From: an uncultured Alphaproteobacteria bacterium
GTDB taxonomy: Bacteria > Pseudomonadota > Alphaproteobacteria > RF32 > CAG-239
Length of the DNA stretch: 64,000 nt
Direction: 5' to 3'
NCBI GenBank assembly: GCA_944392315.1
Contig: CALXWH010000001.1
Location: forward strand, 703-64,702
The notes under the pieces are model-generated. The model had not been told where the DNA came from and searched no databases. It worked only from the letters and a program-made list of their open reading frames with translations. Position 1 is the stretch's first letter. Each line of letters starts with the position of its first letter. This document shows, one piece after another, positions 45,645 through 54,182 of this stretch. Position numbers and translations under genes: made by a program.

Positions 45645-46663
45645 ATCCTCAGCATCTCATTATAAAACCTAAACCATAACTCTTTTAAGTATTCCGGATG
45701 ATAATTTTCTTGCCAGGGTTTATCTCCGGCATAATGAAGTATGGTTGCATTTTCGTAAATGTTAAATGTATTTTGGGGCAAATCTTCTCCAAAATATTGG
45801 CTTAAAAAATTTAGGTCATCCTCTTCAAAAAACGTACTTATACAGTTATAGCGGTATGACATTAGTTTTAATTTATCCCCGAAAACGGCATTCAAAACGT
45901 CTTGATCGCCATAGAAATCTTCGTGTGTTTTAATATACTCTTCCAGTTTTTCTACTATATTGTCTTCGCGTTGTTTTTTTAGGTTATACAGCATTACCCC
46001 GCTGTTAAAATAATATCCTCTTTTATCCAACCCCATTTCTGCCATTTCTTTGGGAAAACGATAGAATATTCCATCTTTTGCCACAGCTGCGTAAACGTCT
46101 GATATATCCATATCATAAAGTTTACGCAAATCTTTTAATACAAGCGTATCCCCATCCATATAAATGACTTTATCTATCTCTTTTAGAATTTGCGGCAAAT
46201 AGATTTTATGCATGCCGACTTTGTACTGTAAAAAACGCTGCATATTTTCAAACGGTATCTCCGGCTCTTGCTGCGGAATTATTTTTACTTGAACTGTATC
46301 GGGTGCTAAACTTTGGAGTTTATATAAAGAATCTTCATCCTGTTTGGTGATGTTTTCGGCTACGATATAAAAATTGTATGAGGTTGTGGGGCACTTGGTT
46401 TTGATAGCTGAATACATAGAGACGCCCGTCGGCGGCGTATAACGAGAATCGGTTATCAGTACAATATTTACTTCTTCTTTATCTGATGGGCAATTGTTTG
46501 GCTGTAGTTTTATCGTGGGCTGTGTTTGGAGCTCATTCTGAATTTTTACTTGCTGATTTTGGGTAATTTTATCTTGTTTATCCATTGCTAATATAAGATA
46601 GGCAACAAAGCAAATGGTACTTAGCAATACAAACGCGACTATGTAGAAAAACTTTTTGGACAT
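45641..46663 (-). CDS. glycosyltransferase family 8, paralog
   Basis: N-terminal TM, IYMDGDTL, NSGVMLYN and HYAGDKPW. 4-nt overlap with the downstream paralog. Confidence 0.8.
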   Translation of the reverse strand: MSKKFFYIVAFVLLSTICFVAYLILAMDKQDKITQNQQVKIQNELQTQPTIKLQPNNCPSDKEEVNIVLITDSRYTPPTGVSMYSAIKTKCPTTSYNFYIVAENITKQDEDSLYKLQSLAPDTVQVKIIPQQEPEIPFENMQRFLQYKVGMHKIYLPQILKEIDKVIYMDGDTLVLKDLRKLYDMDISDVYAAVAKDGIFYRFPKEMAEMGLDKRGYYFNSGVMLYNLKKQREDNIVEKLEEYIKTHEDFYGDQDVLNAVFGDKLKLMSYRYNCISTFFEEDDLNFLSQYFGEDLPQNTFNIYENATILHYAGDKPWQENYHPEYLKELWFRFYNEMLRI

Positions 46664-46799
46664 ATTTTATCTCCTTGCTTTGTATGTATCATAAAATCGT
46701 TAATTATTCGTGGATAATTTTTTTTCTTTCTATAAATTACTTAAATACCCTTGTACATTGTTTTTGATATATCTATTTTACTTTGCAGAGGTTGTCATC

Positions 46800-47294
46800 A
46801 TGAATAAAAAATTGGCTTATGTTATTGCAACTTATTTTGGGTTGGGGTTATCTAAATTTGCTCCGGGAACCATGGGGTCTCTCGGCACGCTTCCTCTTGC
46901 CTACGCCTTGATTTATTTTGGTGGATTTTACGCCTTAATTGCGGCAGCTTTCATTATTTTTGTTGTGGGTGTTTTTGCAACAGATGCCGTTATTAAAGAT
47001 TGTGGTGATGATGATCCTTCTAAGGTGGTTATTGATGAAACTGTCGGGCAATTGATTACTTTTTCTTTTGTAGCCTATATGGCGCCTGAATATCTGTCTG
47101 GCTGGATTTCTTCTCTTTATTATATCTCCGGTTTTATCTTTTTTAGATTTTTTGACATCCTTAAAATGGGACCGGTTAAATATGCCGACTCTAAAATTAA
47201 AAATGCTTATGGCGTTATGTTAGATGATGTTTTTGCCGGTATCTTTGCTTCTATCGCTTTATTAGGTGTGCTCTGCTATATGGTTAACCTATAA
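46800..47294 (+). CDS. pgpA: phosphatidylglycerophosphatase A
   Basis: YFGLGLSKFAPGTMGSLGTLP and VIDETVGQ. Start at ATG 46800. Confidence 0.88.
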   Translation: MNKKLAYVIATYFGLGLSKFAPGTMGSLGTLPLAYALIYFGGFYALIAAAFIIFVVGVFATDAVIKDCGDDDPSKVVIDETVGQLITFSFVAYMAPEYLSGWISSLYYISGFIFFRFFDILKMGPVKYADSKIKNAYGVMLDDVFAGIFASIALLGVLCYMVNL

Positions 47295-47300
47295 TGTGGC

Positions 47301-47317
47301 GTTAAGCAACTATGCTC
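47301..47317. repeat. left arm of a 17-bp inverted repeat (gttaagcaactatgctc)
   Basis: Reverse complement matches 47584-47600 at 16 of 17 positions. Confidence 0.85.
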
Positions 47318-47360
47318 GGTTTTTGTTAAATTTATTGCTAAATCTGTATTAGTTTAGCGG

Positions 47361-47564
47361 TTATTTATTTTTTGCTTTCGGTTTTTTAAAAACACAATTT
47401 CTTTCAAAGTCAAAAAGCCCTTTTCTGACCAAGTTTTTGCTCGCTTGGGTGTGGGGATATTTACTTAAATTGTATAATAAATCTAAAAATAAACGGTTTG
47501 TGTATTTTATATCAGACAATTCAGAACTGAGCTTTGCCTGAGGAATATTTTCTTTTTTTATCAT
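47361..47564 (-). CDS. small basic hypothetical protein (67 aa) bracketed by the inverted repeat
   Basis: AAGGA SD 7 nt upstream of the ATG. Lys-rich C-terminus. No motif recognised. Confidence 0.4.
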   Translation of the reverse strand: MIKKENIPQAKLSSELSDIKYTNRLFLDLLYNLSKYPHTQASKNLVRKGLFDFERNCVFKKPKAKNK

Positions 47565-47583
47565 TTTCTTTTCCTTTAGCTGA

Positions 47584-47600
47584 GAGCACAGTTGCTTAAC
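47584..47600. repeat. right arm of the 17-bp inverted repeat (gagcacagttgcttaac)
   Basis: Pairs with 47301-47317. Lies 29 nt downstream of the ABC-F stop. Confidence 0.85.
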
Positions 47601-47628
47601 TCTTTGATGTGTTTTATTCTTTGGAAAC

Positions 47629-49449
47629 TTATTCTGTTTTTTGCATTTCTAATTCCAACCACTTATTTTCTTTTGCTTCTCGTTCTTGCTGCAGACTTTC
47701 CAGTTTCTGACTTAACTCGTAGTATTTTTTTTCATCTTTCATATAAAGAGACGTATCCGAAAGCTCTGTTTCTATTGATTTTATCTCTTGTTCTATTTTG
47801 GCTATTTCATCAGGTAAGACTTCATACAAGCGCTGATCTTTATAGCTTAAGCGCGTTTTTTTCGTTTCCGTTTTCGGCTTTGAAACCACATCATTATTTT
47901 TCTTTGCTGTTTCTTCACCATCTTTTTGCTTTTCTGTTTTTTGATATGGTTCTATGTATTTTTTGTACAATTCCTCATAATTACCGACATGTTCAATAAT
48001 ACTTCCATCCCCGCGCATATACAACATTGATGTGGTAATTTTATTCAGAAAATCTCGGTCATGACTAACAAGCAGAATCGTACCTTGATATTCATCCAAT
48101 ACTTCTTGCAACAAATCTAATGTATCCATATCCAAATCATTTGTAGGCTCATCCAATACCAAAAAATTTGATTCTTTTGCTAATGACAAGGCCAACATCA
48201 AACGATTTTTTTCCCCACCGGATAAACATGAGACCGGACTTTGTGCCTGTTCCGGCGTAAACAGAAAATCTTTCAAATATGCTATCACATGTCTCCAGTG
48301 GCCGCGAACATAAATGTGATCACCCTCTCCGCACAATGTCTTCCATAGTGTTTTATTAGGATCCAGCATTGTTCTGTTTTGATCAAAATAAGCCATTTCC
48401 AAATTTTTTCCGATACGAACAAAACCGCTATCCGGCTCCAGATGTTTGGTTAGCAATTTAATCAATGTTGTCTTGCCGGAGCCATTGGGGCCAACCACCC
48501 CTATTCTGTTACCTTTTAATACACGTAACGAAAAATCTTTGACAATTTCTCGGTCACCAAAGCTCTTGGATATGTGTTTGGCTTCTATGACTAATTTAGA
48601 CTGTATGGCTGATTCTTTGATTTCCAAATCAATATTTCCGGTCTTTTTAATCTGTTCGCGGCGCTCTTGGCGTAATTGCTGAAGCCTTCTTAACCTTCCT
48701 TGATTGCGACGTCTTCTTGCCGTTACACCTTTGTGCAGCCATTCTGTTTCTTCTTCTATCTTTTTATTGAGATTTTTTTCTTTGATGATTTCTTGATTGA
48801 TAATTTCATCTTGCCACTCTTCAAACGATGCAAAACCTTTATCATTTGAATAAACAACACCTCTATCTAACCACAAAGTTTTGTTTGAAACATGGGTTAA
48901 GAACGAACGGTCGTGACTGATAACGACCACCGCACCTTGGAAGTCTTTAACAATTTCTTCCAATTTTTCTATGGTCGTAATGTCCAAATGGTTTGTCGGT
49001 TCATCTAGCAGTAATATGTCCGGCTCTGAAATTAAGGCTCTGGCTAATGCGGCCTTTTTAAGCTCTCCACCGGATGCTGTTTGCGGCGATACCTGCTTTT
49101 TGATATCAAAACGCTCAATTAAAATATCTGCTTTGTATTTAAGAATCGCCCTTTCTTCTTCTGCTAATCCTGACAAGACAACATCTTCCAGTGTGGCATA
49201 CGAGGAAAAATCTCCGGCTTGCTCCATATAGCTGATTTTTATTCCGGGTTGAGTGAACACTTCGCCATTATCCGGTTGTTGCACACCTGAGATAACTTTT
49301 AGCAATGTTGACTTGCCGCTGCCGTTGCGTCCGACTAGGCATATCTTATCCCCTCGTCCGATATTGAGGCTTACAGATGTAAACAGCGGACGAACGCCAA
49401 AAGTTAAACTGATTTCTCTTAATGTATATATCGGTGCTTCTTTTACCAT
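47629..49449 (-). CDS. ABC-F family ATPase (Uup/EttA-like, no TM domain)
   Basis: Two ABC cassettes (GRNGSGKST and GPNGSGKTT, plus LSGGEKNRLMLA), a charged inter-domain linker and a C-terminal coiled coil. Confidence 0.88.
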   Translation of the reverse strand: MVKEAPIYTLREISLTFGVRPLFTSVSLNIGRGDKICLVGRNGSGKSTLLKVISGVQQPDNGEVFTQPGIKISYMEQAGDFSSYATLEDVVLSGLAEEERAILKYKADILIERFDIKKQVSPQTASGGELKKAALARALISEPDILLLDEPTNHLDITTIEKLEEIVKDFQGAVVVISHDRSFLTHVSNKTLWLDRGVVYSNDKGFASFEEWQDEIINQEIIKEKNLNKKIEEETEWLHKGVTARRRRNQGRLRRLQQLRQERREQIKKTGNIDLEIKESAIQSKLVIEAKHISKSFGDREIVKDFSLRVLKGNRIGVVGPNGSGKTTLIKLLTKHLEPDSGFVRIGKNLEMAYFDQNRTMLDPNKTLWKTLCGEGDHIYVRGHWRHVIAYLKDFLFTPEQAQSPVSCLSGGEKNRLMLALSLAKESNFLVLDEPTNDLDMDTLDLLQEVLDEYQGTILLVSHDRDFLNKITTSMLYMRGDGSIIEHVGNYEELYKKYIEPYQKTEKQKDGEETAKKNNDVVSKPKTETKKTRLSYKDQRLYEVLPDEIAKIEQEIKSIETELSDTSLYMKDEKKYYELSQKLESLQQEREAKENKWLELEMQKTE

Positions 49450-49576
49450 TTTTTAACAGGATATCTTTTGTTTTAGAATTTACAATCTGTTCTTTATACT
49501 TTATTTTCTGTTGAAAGCAATATTTTTTTGCTATATCTTTTATTTTGGTTGATATTTGTTTGAGGGATGGAATTAG

Positions 49577-50695
49577 ATGAAAAATTTTCGCCTTATGTTG
49601 AGTTGTCTTTGTTTTTGCTCTGCGTTTAATGTTTATGCACAGACAGATTCTTCAATTATTCAGGGGTCTTCTCAAGTTCCTCTTGAACAAGTTTCATCTT
49701 CTCATCAGACGACAAAAACAACAACAAGCAAAATTACGTCCACTGCCGGTGAAACCCTTGATATGTTAGAAAAAGAGACTAACTCTAAAGCAAAGAAAGT
49801 TCTCACTCTTGATGAGCTCAGACAAAATGCCGATAACGGGGATACTGAAGCTCAATTGGATTTGGGTTATATGTATTTGTATGGTGTTAACGGGGTTAAA
49901 GTTGATTATGCTCAGGCTCTTCACTTTTATCAGATGGCGGCAGAGAAAAAGAGCGCTGTTGCCCTTAATAATCTGGGAAGCCTATATTTTAACGGTTTGG
50001 GTACCAAAGTTGACTATAAAAAAGCTATGAATTATTTTGAAGAAGCGGCAAGACTGGGAAGTAATGATGCCGCGGTTAATTTAGCAATTATTTATCTCGG
50101 CGCTGATTCAAAAAGTAAAACTAAACAAGATTTTGATAAAGTCTTTTATCTTCTTAATCAGGCGCAAAGCACGAACAATTCTGCAAAATTTTTATTGGGA
50201 TATGCTTATTATACCGGTTTTTTTGTTGAACGGGATTATAATAAAGCCTTCAAATTTATTAAAGCAGCGGCCGACGCTCAATATGATGAAGCTCAGCTGA
50301 TTATTGCCGATTTTTATATTGATGGATTGGGTACGCCCAAAAATTATAGTCGCGCTGTTCAATATCTTGATTCCGCATCAAAACAAGGAAATTCAGAGGC
50401 TCTAATGCGCTTGGCTGATATTTATATGGAAGGGGAACTCTATACCAAAGATATTAAAAAAGCTTATGTTCTCTATAATGTCGCTTCTGTTTTGGGCATA
50501 GATGAAGCCGCAGAAAAACGCGATGCTCTGGAAAAGAATCTTAATATCAACGATGTATTGCAGGTTCAAGCAGAAGCCGAAAATTATAAATTTCAACCGT
50601 CTGATTTGACGGCTTTTATCCGGAAAACTTTTGGTAATAGCTTGCGCGTATATATTGATTCTAACCAAACTTTTGATGTTGTTAAAAGTAAATAA
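49577..50695 (+). CDS. secreted Sel1-like repeat protein
   Basis: Signal peptide ...CSAFNVYAQ. At least 7 Sel1 units (A..WY..AA..G...A...LG.MY..G.GV..D). Confidence 0.85.
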   Translation: MKNFRLMLSCLCFCSAFNVYAQTDSSIIQGSSQVPLEQVSSSHQTTKTTTSKITSTAGETLDMLEKETNSKAKKVLTLDELRQNADNGDTEAQLDLGYMYLYGVNGVKVDYAQALHFYQMAAEKKSAVALNNLGSLYFNGLGTKVDYKKAMNYFEEAARLGSNDAAVNLAIIYLGADSKSKTKQDFDKVFYLLNQAQSTNNSAKFLLGYAYYTGFFVERDYNKAFKFIKAAADAQYDEAQLIIADFYIDGLGTPKNYSRAVQYLDSASKQGNSEALMRLADIYMEGELYTKDIKKAYVLYNVASVLGIDEAAEKRDALEKNLNINDVLQVQAEAENYKFQPSDLTAFIRKTFGNSLRVYIDSNQTFDVVKSK

Positions 50696-50715
50696 TTCAT
50701 TGAGGGAGTGTAAAA

Positions 50716-51672
50716 TTGAATATTTCGGCAATTCTTAATAAGCTTGTTTCTTGGCTCGGTTTGTTCTTCTTTGCCCTTGCGGCTTATATGATTTACCGAC
50801 AATTATCTAAGTACTCTTTAGATGAACTTAAAACCGCTCTATTAAGTATTCCTGTTGATAATTTACTTTATGCTCTCACAGCTTCCTTTATCGGCTATGT
50901 CGCACTTTCTACCTATGACTATTTGGCCTTAAAATATATTAAGAAAAAATTGGCCGCTTGGAAGTGGATTTTAACGGGGTTTGTCGGTTTCTCTATCAGT
51001 AATAATGCCGGGCATGCTATTGTTTCTGGCGGAACGGTCAGATATCGGTTTTACTCCCGTTGGGGGATTAGCCCAGGAGATATTGTTAAAATGGTCACTT
51101 TCTCCGGTTTTACATATTTAGTCGCTTGCTTTTTCCTTATCATCATTGGATATGTCTTAACACCTGATCATGCATTCGGTGGTAATGATTCTACAAAAAT
51201 GTCTACTTTTATTACGATGATTTTATCTGTTGTTGGGCTGGCTATTTATCTGTGGGCAAGTGTTTATTATAAAAAAGATTTGGTTATTAAAGGAATTGAT
51301 TTTAAAATGCCAAACCTAAAATTAGCTCTTGTGCAAGTTTTTATCGGTAGTATTGATATTCTTATGGCTTCCTTGGTGCTTTATTCCGTTTTAATCTGTT
51401 TTGTTGAGATTAATTTTGTTACCTTTTTAGGGGCTTTTATCATTGCTCAAGTTTTAGGAGTGTATAGCCAAGTACCCGGTGGATTAGGTGTTTTTGAGCT
51501 GGTCTTTTCTAATATTCTTCCCGGACAAGATAATCAGGCTATTTTATTTGGGGCGCTGATTGCTTATCGTATTATTTATTATTTATTGCCACTTGTTTTA
51601 TCGGGTATTGTTTTAGTTCTTTATGAGTTTTTCCGTAAAGATATTGATATAGATACAGATTCCCAGAAGTAG
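50716..51672 (+). CDS. UPF0104 / lysyl-phosphatidylglycerol-synthase-TM-like (flippase-like) membrane protein
   Basis: About 8 TM segments. The N-terminal pattern resembles the MprF-type TM region. TTG start with GAGGGAG SD. Confidence 0.5.
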   Translation: MNISAILNKLVSWLGLFFFALAAYMIYRQLSKYSLDELKTALLSIPVDNLLYALTASFIGYVALSTYDYLALKYIKKKLAAWKWILTGFVGFSISNNAGHAIVSGGTVRYRFYSRWGISPGDIVKMVTFSGFTYLVACFFLIIIGYVLTPDHAFGGNDSTKMSTFITMILSVVGLAIYLWASVYYKKDLVIKGIDFKMPNLKLALVQVFIGSIDILMASLVLYSVLICFVEINFVTFLGAFIIAQVLGVYSQVPGGLGVFELVFSNILPGQDNQAILFGALIAYRIIYYLLPLVLSGIVLVLYEFFRKDIDIDTDSQK

Positions 51673-51732
51673 TTTTTTATTTACATATACCTCTTTTTAT
51701 GCTATATTATTTTTAATGTAGGGGATGGTATT

Positions 51733-53280
51733 ATGGCTTCTTTGGATGAAATTAAAAGAAAAGCGAAAACTGTGGCAATGGTCGTTGCTCTTAGTGGTGC
51801 CTCTGTAGCGCAGGCGCAAGAAAATTCCGCTTTGCATTCTGATACAGAAGCAACTCGTATAGAAATGAGCTCCGATGCCAAGCGAGCAGATGTTATTCGT
51901 GAAAATCCGGAAACTTATCTTGAAGTTAAACATGATAATGAGCAGAAATTAACCCAACAATTTCACGCTCCAGTTACTGAAGAAAATAAACAACTTTCTC
52001 TTGACCAAACAGCTGTAGGACCATTTCCAGGTTTTGCTGCCATGGAAGAGATGGACACGGATTTTAGGAAATACCATTCTAACTTTAAATCTCCTAAAAG
52101 CATTATTTCCCATGATATACGGGAAATAAATACTAAAGAGGATTTAATGCAATATGATGATATGGCTCATTTTGATCCTAATGACCGGAAAATACATCAA
52201 CCTAAATGGATTATTTCTGATGACCTCAAGGCTAAAATACAAAAACTTGATCCTTCATGGACTTCTAAGTTACTTTTGGGAGATACGCCTGCCAATATTG
52301 CTACTTTTTATCATGAAAAAGCCCATTTTTTTCATGATGAGCGAGGACAAACTGATAATATGAAAAGACAGTTTCAAACTTCTGATATGTTTGTTGAAAA
52401 AAATTATGTTACCGAAAAAGTTGCTTATACTGTTCAATGCCTTTCCTTAGCTAATATTTGGAAACAATGTCATGATGCGGGAATTGAGACTTTTGAATCT
52501 GCCGGAAAACAGACGCCGTTGTCTGATATATTAAATCAAATTCCAGAATTAAAAGATGAAATTGAGAAAAATGGCTTTGATTCTAATTCGCAGGAATCTC
52601 TTAGTCGTGTTATTAATATTGCCGCTAAAAGTTGGGATAAAGATTATTCAGCTTCTTATGCCAAAGGACAATTTGCTACCGAAGCTCAAAATGGAGCTTC
52701 GGCAAATATTATGAATCAAATTATTTCGGCCCGTGAACATAAACAACTTCTTGTTGATATGACAAAAAATTTAGATATCGGGTATGGGATTAAAATTGAT
52801 ATACCTGATGATTGTACAAATTTAATGATGCCTCCTCAGGATTTTGCTCAAAAATTAACGGCAAAATATACCTCTTTTTCTCCTTCAACCGACGGATTAC
52901 TAGCTATTGATAATTATCTTGATAACTTGGGACTCAAAAATGATAAGGCTAAAGATAAATATATTCGTGAGCAATATGGAAATATTGTTAACCGTTCCCC
53001 CGATGCTGATCTTAAGCTAAAAGACTTGATGCTTGATTGTTGCAACCCAAATAACAATATGATTTATTATACCGATAATATACAGGAACGAAATATTGGA
53101 GGACATACAACTATATCTCCTGATTTGGGTAAAACAACTTATACTTTAAGCCGAATGGATGAGCGTCGTGATTTAGATAACACTCACTCTAAGGCTCTTG
53201 AAAATACAGAAAATCGTTCTTCTACAAAAATTTTGACTGTTGCAGAAATTTCTAAGGCATATCAAGCCCAAGGCAGATAA
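51733..53280 (+). CDS. secreted hypothetical protein with an HExxH motif
   Basis: Signal-like N-terminus KTVAMVVALSGASVAQAQE. FYHEKAHFFHDE contains HExxH. Confidence 0.6.
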   Translation: MASLDEIKRKAKTVAMVVALSGASVAQAQENSALHSDTEATRIEMSSDAKRADVIRENPETYLEVKHDNEQKLTQQFHAPVTEENKQLSLDQTAVGPFPGFAAMEEMDTDFRKYHSNFKSPKSIISHDIREINTKEDLMQYDDMAHFDPNDRKIHQPKWIISDDLKAKIQKLDPSWTSKLLLGDTPANIATFYHEKAHFFHDERGQTDNMKRQFQTSDMFVEKNYVTEKVAYTVQCLSLANIWKQCHDAGIETFESAGKQTPLSDILNQIPELKDEIEKNGFDSNSQESLSRVINIAAKSWDKDYSASYAKGQFATEAQNGASANIMNQIISAREHKQLLVDMTKNLDIGYGIKIDIPDDCTNLMMPPQDFAQKLTAKYTSFSPSTDGLLAIDNYLDNLGLKNDKAKDKYIREQYGNIVNRSPDADLKLKDLMLDCCNPNNNMIYYTDNIQERNIGGHTTISPDLGKTTYTLSRMDERRDLDNTHSKALENTENRSSTKILTVAEISKAYQAQGR

Positions 53281-53289
53281 TAGCTTATT

Positions 53290-53712
53290 CTATTTTAATT
53301 CTGAGGTGCAATGTGGGCAGCGACTTGCCTGAGCCGGTATTTCTGTGCAACAATATGGACAAATCTTAGTTTTAGGTTCTGCTGCTGTTTCTTCCTTTAT
53401 CATTTTTTCTTGCAATTTGTTAATGGCTTTGATGAGAATAAACACGGCAAATGCAACTATCAGAAAACTAATTAAGGCATTGATAAAAAGTCCATAATTT
53501 ATGGTAACAGGTTCAGCGCCTGATGTTAAATTTATTTTTAAATCGGAAAAATCAACTTTTCCTAAAATCAACCCAATCGGCGGCATTAAAATATCTTTTA
53601 CAAGAGAATCTACAATTTTTCCAAACGAAGCTCCGATTATGATACCTACGGCCATATCTATAACATTGCCGCGCATTGCAAATTTTTTAAATTCTGCTAT
53701 AAAACCCTTCAT
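53290..53712 (-). CDS. mscL: large-conductance mechanosensitive channel with a C-terminal zinc-ribbon tail
   Basis: [34 protein letters not shown] is canonical MscL. The tail is CPYC-x12-CPHC. Confidence 0.92.
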   Translation of the reverse strand: MKGFIAEFKKFAMRGNVIDMAVGIIIGASFGKIVDSLVKDILMPPIGLILGKVDFSDLKINLTSGAEPVTINYGLFINALISFLIVAFAVFILIKAINKLQEKMIKEETAAEPKTKICPYCCTEIPAQASRCPHCTSELK

Positions 53713-53769
53713 CTTTTTAGTCTCCTTTTATATGAAAATCCCCATCAAAATTTGATGGGGATTCTTAAT

Positions 53770-54168
53770 TTATGCATTGTCGGTTGTTTTCAAATCTTTT
53801 GCAACCTTGGGATCTCTCAATAGTTGTTCAATTTTATCAACTTCTTCAAAAGAGGTATCTATACGGAAATTTAAATCCGGTGTATAGCGAAGTTTTAGTT
53901 TTGATGCTATTAGCTTTTTCATTCCCCATGTTTCGGCATTTAAATCATCTTCTATTTGCCCGAGATTTTTCCCATTCAGCGTCATAAAGTATATGGTGCA
54001 ATACTTCAAATCCGGAGAGATATCAACATCTGTTATTGTTACCAAATGATCTAATATCAGAGGATTTCTAACCATGCCTTTTTCTAAGGCGCCGGCAATA
54101 ATCTTCTTTATCTCTTGGGCGATACGAAGCTGACGTTGCGACGGCTCCTTACTGTTTTTTATCACCAT
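53770..54168 (-). CDS. rbfA: ribosome-binding factor A
   Basis: RQLRIAQEIKKIIAGAL pattern. Position downstream of infB. Confidence 0.9.
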   Translation of the reverse strand: MVIKNSKEPSQRQLRIAQEIKKIIAGALEKGMVRNPLILDHLVTITDVDISPDLKYCTIYFMTLNGKNLGQIEDDLNAETWGMKKLIASKLKLRYTPDLNFRIDTSFEEVDKIEQLLRDPKVAKDLKTTDNA

Positions 54169-54182
54169 GACAGCATCTCCTT

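Noticed and set aside
47592-47999. 135-aa + strand ORF with hydrophobic segments.
   Set aside because: It is antisense to the 3' coiled-coil region of the ABC-F gene, and the Leu/Phe richness reflects K/E-rich codons on the other strand.
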